From an uncultured Pseudomonadota bacterium (GTDB taxonomy: Bacteria; Myxococcota_A; Polyangia; Fen-1088): DNA of 64,000 nt. Below are positions 27,566-36,633 of the stretch, in pieces. Where the stretch lies: assembly GCA_963847705.1 (NCBI GenBank), contig CAWKBC010000032.1:320001-384000 (forward strand), given 5' to 3'. Position numbers and translations under genes: made by a program. The notes below the pieces were generated by a model. That model was not told the DNA's origin. It searched no databases and worked only from the letters and a program-made list of their open reading frames with translations. Each line of letters opens with the position of its first letter. The stretch's first letter is position 1.

Positions 27566-29203
27566 GTGAGCTGGCCCAAACCTCAGACGCCCTGGCAGGC
27601 GCCGGTCTGGCTGGAGCCGGGGGGGGCGTTTCCCGCGCTGCGCTTCGACAACAGCTTCGTGCGCGAGCTCCCCGGCGAGGCCGAGACGCTGCGGGCCGTG
27701 CGCGGGGTGCGCGGCGCCTGCTTCTCGCCGATCGCGCCGGTTCCGGTGAGCGCGCCACGGGTCGTCGCCTGGTCGCCTGAGGTCGCCCGGCTGCTGGACC
27801 TGTCCGAGGCTGCGTGCGCGTCCGACACGTTCTTGCAGGTCGTCGCGGGCAACGCCCTCCTCGCGGGCATGGAGCCCTACGCCGCCTGTTACGGCGGGCA
27901 CCAGTTCGGGACCTGGGCGGGCCAGCTCGGCGATGGGCGGGCCATCAGCCTGGGGGAGGTGGTGAACGCGGCCGGCCAGCGCTGGGAGCTGCAGCTCAAG
28001 GGGGCCGGCGCCACGCCCTACTCCCGCTCCGCCGACGGTCGCGCCGTCCTCCGCTCGTCGATCCGCGAGTTCCTCTGCAGCGAGGCGATGGCGCATCTCG
28101 GCGTTCCGACGACGCGCGCGCTCAGCCTGGTCGCGACCGGCGACCAGATCGTGCGCGACATGTTCTATGACGGTCACCCGCGGGCCGAGCCAGGCGCCAT
28201 CGTCTGCCGCGTCGCCCCCTCGTTCCTGCGCTTCGGCAACTTCGAGCTGTTCGCCGCGCGCGGCGAGGTGGAGCTCTTGACCCGGCTCGCCGACTACACC
28301 CTCCGGCATCACTTCCCGGAGCTGGGCGCGCCGTCGCCCGAGACCTACGCCGCCTGGCTGACCGAGATCTGCCGCCGCACGGCCGTCCTCATGGCGCAGT
28401 GGATGCGGGTCGGCTTCGTTCACGGCGTCATGAACACCGACAACATGTCGATCCTCGGGTTGACCATCGACTACGGGCCGTTTGGGTTCCTCGACAGCTA
28501 CGACCCCGATTTCACCCCCAACACCACCGACGCGGGTGAGCGCCGTTATCGCTTCGCCAATCAGCCCCGCGTGGCCAAGTGGAACCTGATCAAGCTGGCG
28601 GAGGCGCTCTACCCGCTCATCGGCAGCATCCCGCCGCTCGAGGAGGCGCTGGTCGCCTACACCGAGACGTACGCGGCGGAGGAGAGCCGCCTCTACGCCG
28701 CCAAGCTGGGCCTGACCACGACCGACAAACCTCTCGTCGACGAGCTCTTCCAGGTGCTGGCGCTGACGGAGACCGACCTGACGCTCTTCTTTCGGGGTCT
28801 GGCCAACGTTCCCGTGGAGCTCGCTCCCGAAGCGGCCGACGATGCCCTGCTCTCACCGCTGGCCGGCGCTCACTACAGGCCCGACGAGCTCACCGGCGAC
28901 GTGCGCGCGCGGACGGTGGGCTGGCTTCGTCGCTACGGCGCCCGCGTCCGTACAGAGGCGACGCCGCCCGCGCTCCGCAAGCAGCGCATGGACGGCGTCA
29001 ATCCGAAGTACATCCTGCGCAACTGCCTCGCCCAGCAGGCGATCGACGCCGCCGAGAAGGGCGACGCCGCCCCGGTGCTCGAGCTGCTGGATCTCCTGCG
29101 ACACCCCTACGGCGAGCAACCCGAGCGCGAGCGCTACGCCGCCAGGCGCCCCGACTGGGCCCGCCACCGCGCGGGCTGCTCCATGCTCTCCTGCAGCTCC
29201 TGA
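27566..29203 (+). CDS. selO: protein adenylyltransferase SelO (YdiU)
   Basis: YGGHQFG...QLGDGRA, LQLKGAG.TPYSR..DGR, HGVMNTDN, C-terminal GCSMLSCSS. Confidence 0.95.
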   Translation: MSWPKPQTPWQAPVWLEPGGAFPALRFDNSFVRELPGEAETLRAVRGVRGACFSPIAPVPVSAPRVVAWSPEVARLLDLSEAACASDTFLQVVAGNALLAGMEPYAACYGGHQFGTWAGQLGDGRAISLGEVVNAAGQRWELQLKGAGATPYSRSADGRAVLRSSIREFLCSEAMAHLGVPTTRALSLVATGDQIVRDMFYDGHPRAEPGAIVCRVAPSFLRFGNFELFAARGEVELLTRLADYTLRHHFPELGAPSPETYAAWLTEICRRTAVLMAQWMRVGFVHGVMNTDNMSILGLTIDYGPFGFLDSYDPDFTPNTTDAGERRYRFANQPRVAKWNLIKLAEALYPLIGSIPPLEEALVAYTETYAAEESRLYAAKLGLTTTDKPLVDELFQVLALTETDLTLFFRGLANVPVELAPEAADDALLSPLAGAHYRPDELTGDVRARTVGWLRRYGARVRTEATPPALRKQRMDGVNPKYILRNCLAQQAIDAAEKGDAAPVLELLDLLRHPYGEQPERERYAARRPDWARHRAGCSMLSCSS

Positions 29204-29315
29204 CCGGACCGGTTGGGTTGCGGGGATTCACGGCTGGGCTCGTCGGCCGGCGCTGAGCCTGCAATTCCGCCGGGCGGTGGGAGAATCATGGGCAGGAGCG
29301 AGAGGGAGGCCGGCC

Positions 29316-29552
29316 ATGGATCATGAAAGATTGCTCATCATCACCACCAGGGGAGAGACCATCGGAACGATCATTCACCAGGACGGAGACGAAACGTTCT
29401 TGGTCGAGGGCGAGACGGTGTTTCCGAGGGACTTCGAGTTCCGGCACGAAAGCATCACCGACGTCTGCGAGGATGGGGCGCTCCTCTATACGTTGACCGA
29501 ATGTTCCGGCGAGGAGCCGGTGGCGACCGAGGCGCCCCCCCGCCGCCACTAG
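29316..29552 (+). CDS. small hypothetical protein
   Basis: GGGAGG RBS; MDHERLLIITTRGETIG..., 78 aa, acidic. Confidence 0.55.
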   Translation: MDHERLLIITTRGETIGTIIHQDGDETFLVEGETVFPRDFEFRHESITDVCEDGALLYTLTECSGEEPVATEAPPRRH

Positions 29553-29642
29553 CGGCCGCTCTGCGCCTCGAACATCCGGGCATCCGCGATCTGGGATGGC
29601 GCGTGGCCACCGACAGGGCGCACTTTCTCATCCCGAGGGCGG

Positions 29643-30785
29643 TTGACAGAGGCCGACCGAGACAGCCCCTTAACGGTTGTGCCGATCCCCACCCAGGCCA
29701 CCGCCGCCCCTTCGCCCGCGTCCAGCAACCCGGAAGGGAGCGCCGGGGAGATCGCATCCCGCGCCGGCCCGGTCCTCTCGCTCGAGCCTGTCGCCGCTCG
29801 GCACGCCCACGGCGTTTTCCGGATCGCCGCCGCGCTCGGACCTGACTTCGGCCTGGCGATCGCTTTCCTGGCGGTCCTCTCCGCGCTGGTCGCCGGGTTT
29901 GGCGCCTCCTTCGTCTGGAACAAGGGGCCGATCCTGGTGGCGGGGGGGATCTTGGTCCTGCTGGTCGTGGTGGCGTTCGTGCGTCGTGCGCCCGCCATCG
30001 TCCGCGGCGCGCCCGAGGCCTGGGCTGACTTCGGCACCGCGGCCCGACGGGTCATCCGCGACTGGGCCCCCTTCACCATCATCATGTGGGCCTTCGAGAG
30101 CATGGAGACGTACACCGGCGTCATCCGCAAGACGGGGATCGACGAGGCGCTCTATCGAATGGACCTCCGCCTGTTCGGCTTCGAGCCGACCGTCTGGGCG
30201 GGCCGCCTCTCGCATCCGCTGCTGACCGACTGGATGTCGCTCACCTACGGCCTCTACTTCATCCTGCCCATGATCGTCGCCTGCGCGCTCTCGCTGCGGG
30301 GCCGCCGGCATGACCTGCGCGAGCTGTCGACCGCGGTGATCCTGCAGATGGGGATCGGGTTCGTGCTGTTCCTGCTGTTCCCGGCGGGGCCGCCGCGCTT
30401 CTACGCCCCGCTCGTCAACGGCGGCTTCTCGCCCCCGCAGCTGCACTCCCTGACCGGCCTCTACGAGCTGCAGCAGAGCGCCTTCGACACCGTGGATCCG
30501 CTGCGCGTCCGGTCGGCCTTCCCTTCGCTCCACTGCTCCATCGCGCTTTTGACCCTGTTCTATTCCTGGCGCTTCGGCGACGCGCTTTTCCCCCGGCGCC
30601 CGCGGCTCTACTTCTGGCTCTGCCTGCCGCTGGTCATCTCGCTATGGCTGTCGACGATTTACCTGCGCCATCACTGGGTGCCCGACATCGCGGCCGGCTT
30701 GCTGCTCGGCCTGGCTTCCTCGACGCTGGCGCCCAGGCTGCGCGCGGCCTGGCCCCGGGTCCGCGCCGCGGTCGCCGCGCGCTGA
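29643..30785 (+). CDS. PAP2_3/Aur1-like (inositolphosphotransferase-like) membrane protein
   Basis: FPAGPP, AFPSLH, STIYLRHHW..D motifs; multiple TM; start uncertain. Confidence 0.85.
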   Translation: MTEADRDSPLTVVPIPTQATAAPSPASSNPEGSAGEIASRAGPVLSLEPVAARHAHGVFRIAAALGPDFGLAIAFLAVLSALVAGFGASFVWNKGPILVAGGILVLLVVVAFVRRAPAIVRGAPEAWADFGTAARRVIRDWAPFTIIMWAFESMETYTGVIRKTGIDEALYRMDLRLFGFEPTVWAGRLSHPLLTDWMSLTYGLYFILPMIVACALSLRGRRHDLRELSTAVILQMGIGFVLFLLFPAGPPRFYAPLVNGGFSPPQLHSLTGLYELQQSAFDTVDPLRVRSAFPSLHCSIALLTLFYSWRFGDALFPRRPRLYFWLCLPLVISLWLSTIYLRHHWVPDIAAGLLLGLASSTLAPRLRAAWPRVRAAVAAR

Positions 30786-33217
30786 CGCCGGTCCCCCTTG
30801 GGAGGGCGGTTGGCGATCAGGCGGGCCAGGGCCGGCGCGATCAGCAGCGCCGCGCTCAGGCAGGTGAGCTCGCCCAGCATCGCCGCGAACCCGAAGCTCC
30901 GGATCCCCTTGTTGGAGGAGAACCAGAGCGACCCGTAACCGACCACCGTGGTGTACGAGCAGAGCGCCACCGCCGAGGCGGTCCGGGCGCTCTCGATCCG
31001 GCCTTGCCGCGTGTCGGGCTCGGTGCGCGCGCGGCTGATGATGTTGACCGAGTAGTCGATCCCGATGCCGATGGTGATGGGCAGCGCCACGAAGTCGAGG
31101 AAGTTCACCTTGAGGCCGAAGACCCCCGCCAGCGCGACCATCGCCAGCGTCCCGAACGCCCCGCAGAAGAGGGTGGCGAACCCGGCCAGGGTCGGTCCGA
31201 GCAAGGCCACGACCACCAGGACGGCCCCGAGCGCGGCGATGGCGGTCGCGTGCGGGCCATCGCGCTCCATCGCGTCGAGCATGTCGGTGAAGACGAAGGC
31301 GGAGCCGCCGACCAGCACGTCGGGGCCGAGGCCAAGCCCCCTCACCGCGGCGGCGAACCGCCGCAGATCGCGGGTGTTCCAGGAGTCGATGCCGAGGCCG
31401 GTGTTGGCCAGAACGATCCGCCCGCGCGTGCCGTCCCGTTCGACGTACGGCCAGGCGAGCTCGAGCGGGACGTCGGCGTCGCCGAGCGCCCGCAGTCCCT
31501 GGGGGGGACGGGACTCCTGCAGCGTCTTCCGGTCGGCGTCGCTGAGGACGTCGGGGTGGCGCAGCTGGCGGTCGACCAGGCGCCGGAGGTCGTCCAGGAT
31601 CTCCAGCTTTTCGGGTTGATCGGCCGGCAGGCGGTCGTCGAGCGTGCTCACCCGGCTGAAGAGCCGCTGGCGCTCCGGCTTCCCCTCGTCGGCGGCCCGC
31701 AGCCTGCGCACCAGAGGCGCGACCTCGTCCCGGCGATTGACGGCCAGCGCGAAGCCACCGGAGATGCCGTGCCCGAAGGCCCGGTCGAACTTGTCCATGA
31801 GCGCGCTGCCGCGATCGAGCTCGGCGTTGGTGCTGGCCATGTTCCGCAGGTTGGTCTCGAGCGGCTGGTGGGTGAGATAGCGCCAGGCGCCCAGCCCGGA
31901 GGCGACGAAGAGAACGGCCGCCACGGCGAGGACGGGGCCGGGGCGCTTGGGGAGCGCGCGCTCGAACCAACCGATGGCCGCCGGCTCGGGACGAACCCGG
32001 ATCCATCCCCGCCGCTCCGCCAAGGCCAGGGCCGCCGGGAGCACGGTGTAGGCGGAGATCCAGCAGCACGCCATCCCCATCCCGCCGATGATCCCGAAGT
32101 CGCGAAAGCCGCGAAAGGGGGTGGCGGCCAGGGAGAGATAGGCGGTGCCAGCCGCCAGCGCGGCGGCCGCCGTGGCGCGCATCGTCCCGCTCCTGGCGAT
32201 CTCCAGCGAGCGTTCGACGGGATGGCCCTCCCGGCGTTCCTCGAAATACCGGCCGAGGTAGATGATCCCGAAGTTGATCCCGTTGCCGATGACGATCGAC
32301 GAGAGAAACGCGCTGGCGATGTTGAGATGGCCGATGGTGAGGTCGGTGAAGGCGAAGGCGACCAGCGCGCCGACGGTGAGCGACCAGCCGAGCGCCAGCA
32401 CCCCGGCCAGCGAGCGAAAGTAGAGCAGCAGCGCCGCCAGCACCGCCGCCAGCGTCAGCAGGGTCGCGATGGTCATCCCGGCGATGAGCCCGTGCTGCTC
32501 GGCGAGGCCGCGGATGACGTCCCCCGCCATCCCGACCGTGACCGTGGGGCCTGTCTCGGCGAGCGTCGCGTCGATCTGGCGCTGGAGCGCGTCCGCCAGC
32601 CGCGCCCCGCTGTCCAGATCGCCGCCGTTGAAGGCGGCCCGAACGATGATCAGCTGAAGCCGCCCGTCGGCCGAGACCAGGGCCGTCGGATGGCGAGCCT
32701 TCTCCCGGGCCTCGTCCAGCTTCTTGCGGAGCTCGTCCAACCGGTCGCCGCCCGACTTTTTCTGGTCGGCCGGCTCATCGTCGAGCGAAACGTAGAGGGG
32801 ATTGGCCTTCATCATGCGGGCGCGCAGGGCATCCCGCGCCGCGGCGAGATCGGCGAGGTCCGCGAACAGGAACCGGTTGTCCCAGGTGTAACGGCGAAAG
32901 GTGCCGTCGTCGGAGGTCACGCCGCCGATGCCCAGCGCCGGAGCGTCGAGCGCCTGAATCCGCCGGAGCAACGCCGCGCCCGCCCGGGCGCGCGCGGCGA
33001 CATCCACGCTCTCGACCCCGAGCATGAAGGTCGCCGTGATGCGCGCCCGCTTCTCCAGCGCCCGCAGCTGGCGCACCGAGGGGGTCGACTCGGGCAGGAG
33101 GTACGAAAGGTCGCTCTTCACGCTGAGCCGGCTGGTCAGCGCGCCGCCGGCGATGGCCACGACGACCGCCACGACCAAGACGGCCGTCCCGCGTTTCGAC
33201 GGATCACGAGCTTTCAT
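30671..33217 (-). CDS. MMPL family (RND superfamily) lipid exporter
   Basis: Two halves with IVIGNGINFGI and ITIGIGIDYS, 12 TM; 3' end overlaps the PAP2 gene by 115 bp. Confidence 0.88.
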   Translation of the reverse strand: MKARDPSKRGTAVLVVAVVVAIAGGALTSRLSVKSDLSYLLPESTPSVRQLRALEKRARITATFMLGVESVDVAARARAGAALLRRIQALDAPALGIGGVTSDDGTFRRYTWDNRFLFADLADLAAARDALRARMMKANPLYVSLDDEPADQKKSGGDRLDELRKKLDEAREKARHPTALVSADGRLQLIIVRAAFNGGDLDSGARLADALQRQIDATLAETGPTVTVGMAGDVIRGLAEQHGLIAGMTIATLLTLAAVLAALLLYFRSLAGVLALGWSLTVGALVAFAFTDLTIGHLNIASAFLSSIVIGNGINFGIIYLGRYFEERREGHPVERSLEIARSGTMRATAAAALAAGTAYLSLAATPFRGFRDFGIIGGMGMACCWISAYTVLPAALALAERRGWIRVRPEPAAIGWFERALPKRPGPVLAVAAVLFVASGLGAWRYLTHQPLETNLRNMASTNAELDRGSALMDKFDRAFGHGISGGFALAVNRRDEVAPLVRRLRAADEGKPERQRLFSRVSTLDDRLPADQPEKLEILDDLRRLVDRQLRHPDVLSDADRKTLQESRPPQGLRALGDADVPLELAWPYVERDGTRGRIVLANTGLGIDSWNTRDLRRFAAAVRGLGLGPDVLVGGSAFVFTDMLDAMERDGPHATAIAALGAVLVVVALLGPTLAGFATLFCGAFGTLAMVALAGVFGLKVNFLDFVALPITIGIGIDYSVNIISRARTEPDTRQGRIESARTASAVALCSYTTVVGYGSLWFSSNKGIRSFGFAAMLGELTCLSAALLIAPALARLIANRPPKGDRRQRAATAARTRGQAARSLGASVEEARPSSKPAAMSGTQ

Positions 33218-33323
33218 GTTTGGGCAACGAGCCGCCGAGCGCACCGCTGGCGCACCAATTCGCGGTAGAAAGTAGGCACCCGAAGATTTCTGGGAACCCC
33301 CCCCACCGGCGATCCGACGCCGA

Positions 33324-34478
33324 TCACGAGGGTTGGCCGGGCGCGGCGCTCTCGAGATGCAGCGCCGCGGCGGCCAGGCAGAGGGCGAGACAGCCGAGCC
33401 AGAGCGCCGGAGCCCCGAGGCGCGCGAGCACCAGCGACCCCAGCGTCGGCGCCACGGAGAAGGCGACGGCCCAGGCGAGCTGATACGTCCCCTGGTAGGC
33501 ACCCCGACGATCGGCGGGGGCGAAATCGGCGACCAGCGCCGGCGACGACGAGGAGACGCCGATCTCGCCGGCGGTCCAGAGCACCGCCGCCAGCAGGTAG
33601 ACGAGGGTACCGGCATGCCCTTGCCCTTGCCCCGCCAGGGCGTTCGTCCCCAGTCCGATCCCGGTCAGCACCGCACCGGCGACCAGCCACTGCAGGTGAC
33701 TGAAGCGGCGCAGCAGGCGCAAGGCGAGCGGTTGCCCGATCACGATGAAGACGCCGTTCAGCCCGAGCAGCAGGCCAATCCGGGCCATCCCGAGCCCGTG
33801 TGCCTGCATGTCGAGCGGCAATGTGACGACGACCTGCACGAACGCCAGCAACAACAGCATCTGAACGAGCACGAACCTCACGAAGGGAGCGTCGTGGATT
33901 GGCAGGTTGAAGAGGCCCCCCGGCGACCTCGTCTCGGCCACGACGGGCGGAGGCCGTGTCTCCGGCACACCCAGCAGAACGAAGGCGCCGTAACCGAAGG
34001 TGGTGAGCGCGTCGACGACGAACAGCAGGCCGAAGTGATGCGCGGCCAGCGCCCCTCCGAACGAGGCCGCCGCCGCGAACCCCAGGTTGATCGCCCAGTA
34101 GAGCAATCCGTAGGCGCGCGCGCGGTCGCGCGGCGGCACCACGTCGGCCACCGCCGCCTGCAAGGGCGCGCGACAGGCGTCGGTGAAGAATCCCAGCACC
34201 GGTGCGATCGCCACGATCGCGGCCGTCGAACGGGCCCAGCCGAGCGCGAGCATCGACGTCCCCGAGCCCGCGATCCCGACCAGCAGGGTGGGCCGGCGGC
34301 CCAGGCGATCGGCCGAGGCGCCGCCGAGCGGTCCGGCCAGCAGCCCGCCCGCCGCGTACAGACTGATGACCAGGCCCGTGAGCTCGGGGGAGAGGCCGCG
34401 CTCGCGCGTGAGGTAGAGGCCGAGCAGCAGGAAGATGGTGCCGCCCAGCCGGTTGAGCAGCATCCCGCACCAGAGCAT
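33324..34478 (-). CDS. MFS transporter (DHA1/MdtH-like)
   Basis: GGASADRLGRR motif A, WAINLG, RGAYQG; true start probably upstream (see findings). Confidence 0.88.
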   Translation of the reverse strand: MLWCGMLLNRLGGTIFLLLGLYLTRERGLSPELTGLVISLYAAGGLLAGPLGGASADRLGRRPTLLVGIAGSGTSMLALGWARSTAAIVAIAPVLGFFTDACRAPLQAAVADVVPPRDRARAYGLLYWAINLGFAAAASFGGALAAHHFGLLFVVDALTTFGYGAFVLLGVPETRPPPVVAETRSPGGLFNLPIHDAPFVRFVLVQMLLLLAFVQVVVTLPLDMQAHGLGMARIGLLLGLNGVFIVIGQPLALRLLRRFSHLQWLVAGAVLTGIGLGTNALAGQGQGHAGTLVYLLAAVLWTAGEIGVSSSSPALVADFAPADRRGAYQGTYQLAWAVAFSVAPTLGSLVLARLGAPALWLGCLALCLAAAALHLESAAPGQPS

Positions 34479-34867
34479 CCAGTAAGTCCGCGAGAGGCCC
34501 AGCGGCCCCCCCAGCCCGCCGTCGATGTCGTTGGCCGGCGTGGGCCTGCGGTTGCAGCGCGATCCGGACGGGGACCGCGCCGGGGCTACCGTTCTCCAGT
34601 CTGTTTTGGCTCATCGTCGTCTCCGGGAAGAGCCGAAGACCGAGAGCCACCGAGCGACCCCCGGCCGTCGGCCGGGGTCGTCTCGGTTCTAACGTTCAAC
34701 CGCGACGGAGCCCGGCCAGGCCACCCAGACGGGTGACCTGAATCATCGGGAGCCGGCAGCGATTGAACGTCGTCACGAGAGAACCAGAATAACCGAGCGC
34801 GCGGCCGCTGACAATGAGGCCGCGGCCCACGGGCGCGGGCCGATCGGCTCGGCTATCCTCCGGCGCG

Positions 34868-36550
34868 ATGGCCAATCCCAGTCCCACGCCCAACCCCAAT
34901 CCGATGCTGGCCCGCTCTGCGCAGATGTTCCCCGAGCTGACCGACGCGCAGATCGCGCGGGTCGCCGCCATCGGCAAGCGGCGGGAAATCGTGGCGGGCG
35001 AGCTGCTGTTCGACGTCGACGAGCAGAACACCCGGTTCTTCGTGGTGCTCGAGGGGACGATCGAGGTCGTGCTTCCGGTCGGCGATCGCGAGCTTCCGGT
35101 CGTCACGCATGGTCCCCGGCAGTTCACCGGCGAGATCAACATGCTCTCGGCGCGGCGGAGCCTGGTCCGCGGCCGGGTGAAGGACGCCGGCGCCGTCATC
35201 GCCGTCGATCGCCAGGATCTCCGGCTGCTCGTGCAGCGCGACTCCGAGCTGAGCGAGATCCTCCTGCGCGCCTTCATCCTCCGCCGGGTGGCGCTGCTGT
35301 CCGAGGGGTCGGATCTCATCCTGCTCGGCTCGCAGCACTCGGCGAACACGCTGCGCATCCGGGAGTTCCTGAGCCGCAACGGTCAGCCGTTCGTCTATCA
35401 AGACGTGGAGACCGACCCCAGCGTCCAGGCGATGCTCGACAGCTTTCACATCGGCGTCTCGGAGGTTCCGGTGATCGTCTGCCGCGGCGGCCACGTCCTC
35501 AAGAACCCGTCGCTCGAAGGGCTGGCGACGGCGCTGGGGCTGGCCGGATCGTTCGACGCGAAGGAGGTGCACGACGTCATCATCGTGGGGGCCGGTCCTG
35601 CGGGGCTGGCGGCGGCGGTCTACGGCGCGTCGGAGGGCCTTGGCGTCCTGGTCCTCGACAGCACCGCGGCCGGCGGGCAGGCGGGCACCAGCTCCCGCAT
35701 CGAGAACTACCTCGGCTTCCCCACCGGCATCTCCGGCCAGGCCCTGGCCGGACGGGCGCGCACGCAGGCCGAGAAGTTCGGGGCCGACATCGCGGTCGGC
35801 CGCGACGTCGCGCGGCTCGATTGCGACAGCCACCCCTACCGGATCTTTCTGGCCGACGGGCAGGAGCTTCGCACGCGCGCGATCATCATCGCCACCGGGG
35901 TGCAGTACCGGAGGCTCGACCTGCCGATGCTGGGGCGCTTCGAGGGGGTGGGCGTCTTCTACAGCGCCACGCACCTCGAGGCGCAGCTCTGTCAGGGGGA
36001 GGACGTCGTCGTGGTCGGCGGGGGGAACTCCGCCGGGCAGGCCGCGGTGTTCCTCTCGCAGCTCGCCTCGCACGTCCACGTCCTGGTGCGCGGCCCCGGC
36101 CTGGCCGAGAGCATGTCGCGCTATCTGATCCAGCGCATCGAGTCGAGCCCCAACATCACGCTGCGGACCCGCCGCTCGATCGACGATCTGCAGGGCGACG
36201 ATCACCTGGAGAGCGTCCGCTGGCGCCACCTCGACACGGGCGAGCAGGAGACACGCAACATCCGCAACGTCTTCTCCATGACCGGCGCCGATCCCAACAC
36301 CGACTGGCTCGCGGGCTGCCTGTTGCTGGACGACAAGAAGTTCGTGAAGACGGGCGTCGATCTCCTGCCCGAAGATCTGAAGGCCGCCGGGTGGCGGCTC
36401 CCGCGGCGACCGTACCTGATGGAGACCAGCATCCCCGGCGTGTTCTGCGTCGGTGACGCGCGCGCCAACAGCGTGAAGCGCGTGGCGTCGGCCGTCGGCG
36501 AGGGCTCGATCTGCGTCCAGCTGGTTCACCGCGCGCTGCAAGAACTGTAA
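34868..36550 (+). CDS. cNMP-binding domain + thioredoxin reductase-like flavoprotein
   Basis: cNMP domain (FTGE), Grx-like middle domain, GAGPAG, SSRIENYLGFP, GGGNSA, GD...KRVASAVGEG. Confidence 0.9.
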   Translation: MANPSPTPNPNPMLARSAQMFPELTDAQIARVAAIGKRREIVAGELLFDVDEQNTRFFVVLEGTIEVVLPVGDRELPVVTHGPRQFTGEINMLSARRSLVRGRVKDAGAVIAVDRQDLRLLVQRDSELSEILLRAFILRRVALLSEGSDLILLGSQHSANTLRIREFLSRNGQPFVYQDVETDPSVQAMLDSFHIGVSEVPVIVCRGGHVLKNPSLEGLATALGLAGSFDAKEVHDVIIVGAGPAGLAAAVYGASEGLGVLVLDSTAAGGQAGTSSRIENYLGFPTGISGQALAGRARTQAEKFGADIAVGRDVARLDCDSHPYRIFLADGQELRTRAIIIATGVQYRRLDLPMLGRFEGVGVFYSATHLEAQLCQGEDVVVVGGGNSAGQAAVFLSQLASHVHVLVRGPGLAESMSRYLIQRIESSPNITLRTRRSIDDLQGDDHLESVRWRHLDTGEQETRNIRNVFSMTGADPNTDWLAGCLLLDDKKFVKTGVDLLPEDLKAAGWRLPRRPYLMETSIPGVFCVGDARANSVKRVASAVGEGSICVQLVHRALQEL

Positions 36551-36633
36551 GGAACTTCCGGCGAACGCTCGGCTCTGCCCACAACCTGGCTGACAGGCGT
36601 TATCATCACTATCATTCTGGCGAGCGTGCGGAG

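Noticed and set aside
29190-29280. Selenocysteine readthrough at the selO TGA
   Set aside because: The protein already ends in the canonical Cys form CSS; TGA is the normal stop and I see no convincing SECIS.
30644-33268. Long antisense or alternate-frame ORFs (for example 30644-33268, 3756-5945, 54836-57742 and the 5' part of 40696-44409)
   Set aside because: These are shadow ORFs expected in very GC-rich DNA: Arg/Ala/Pro-rich, no motifs, overlapping well-supported genes.
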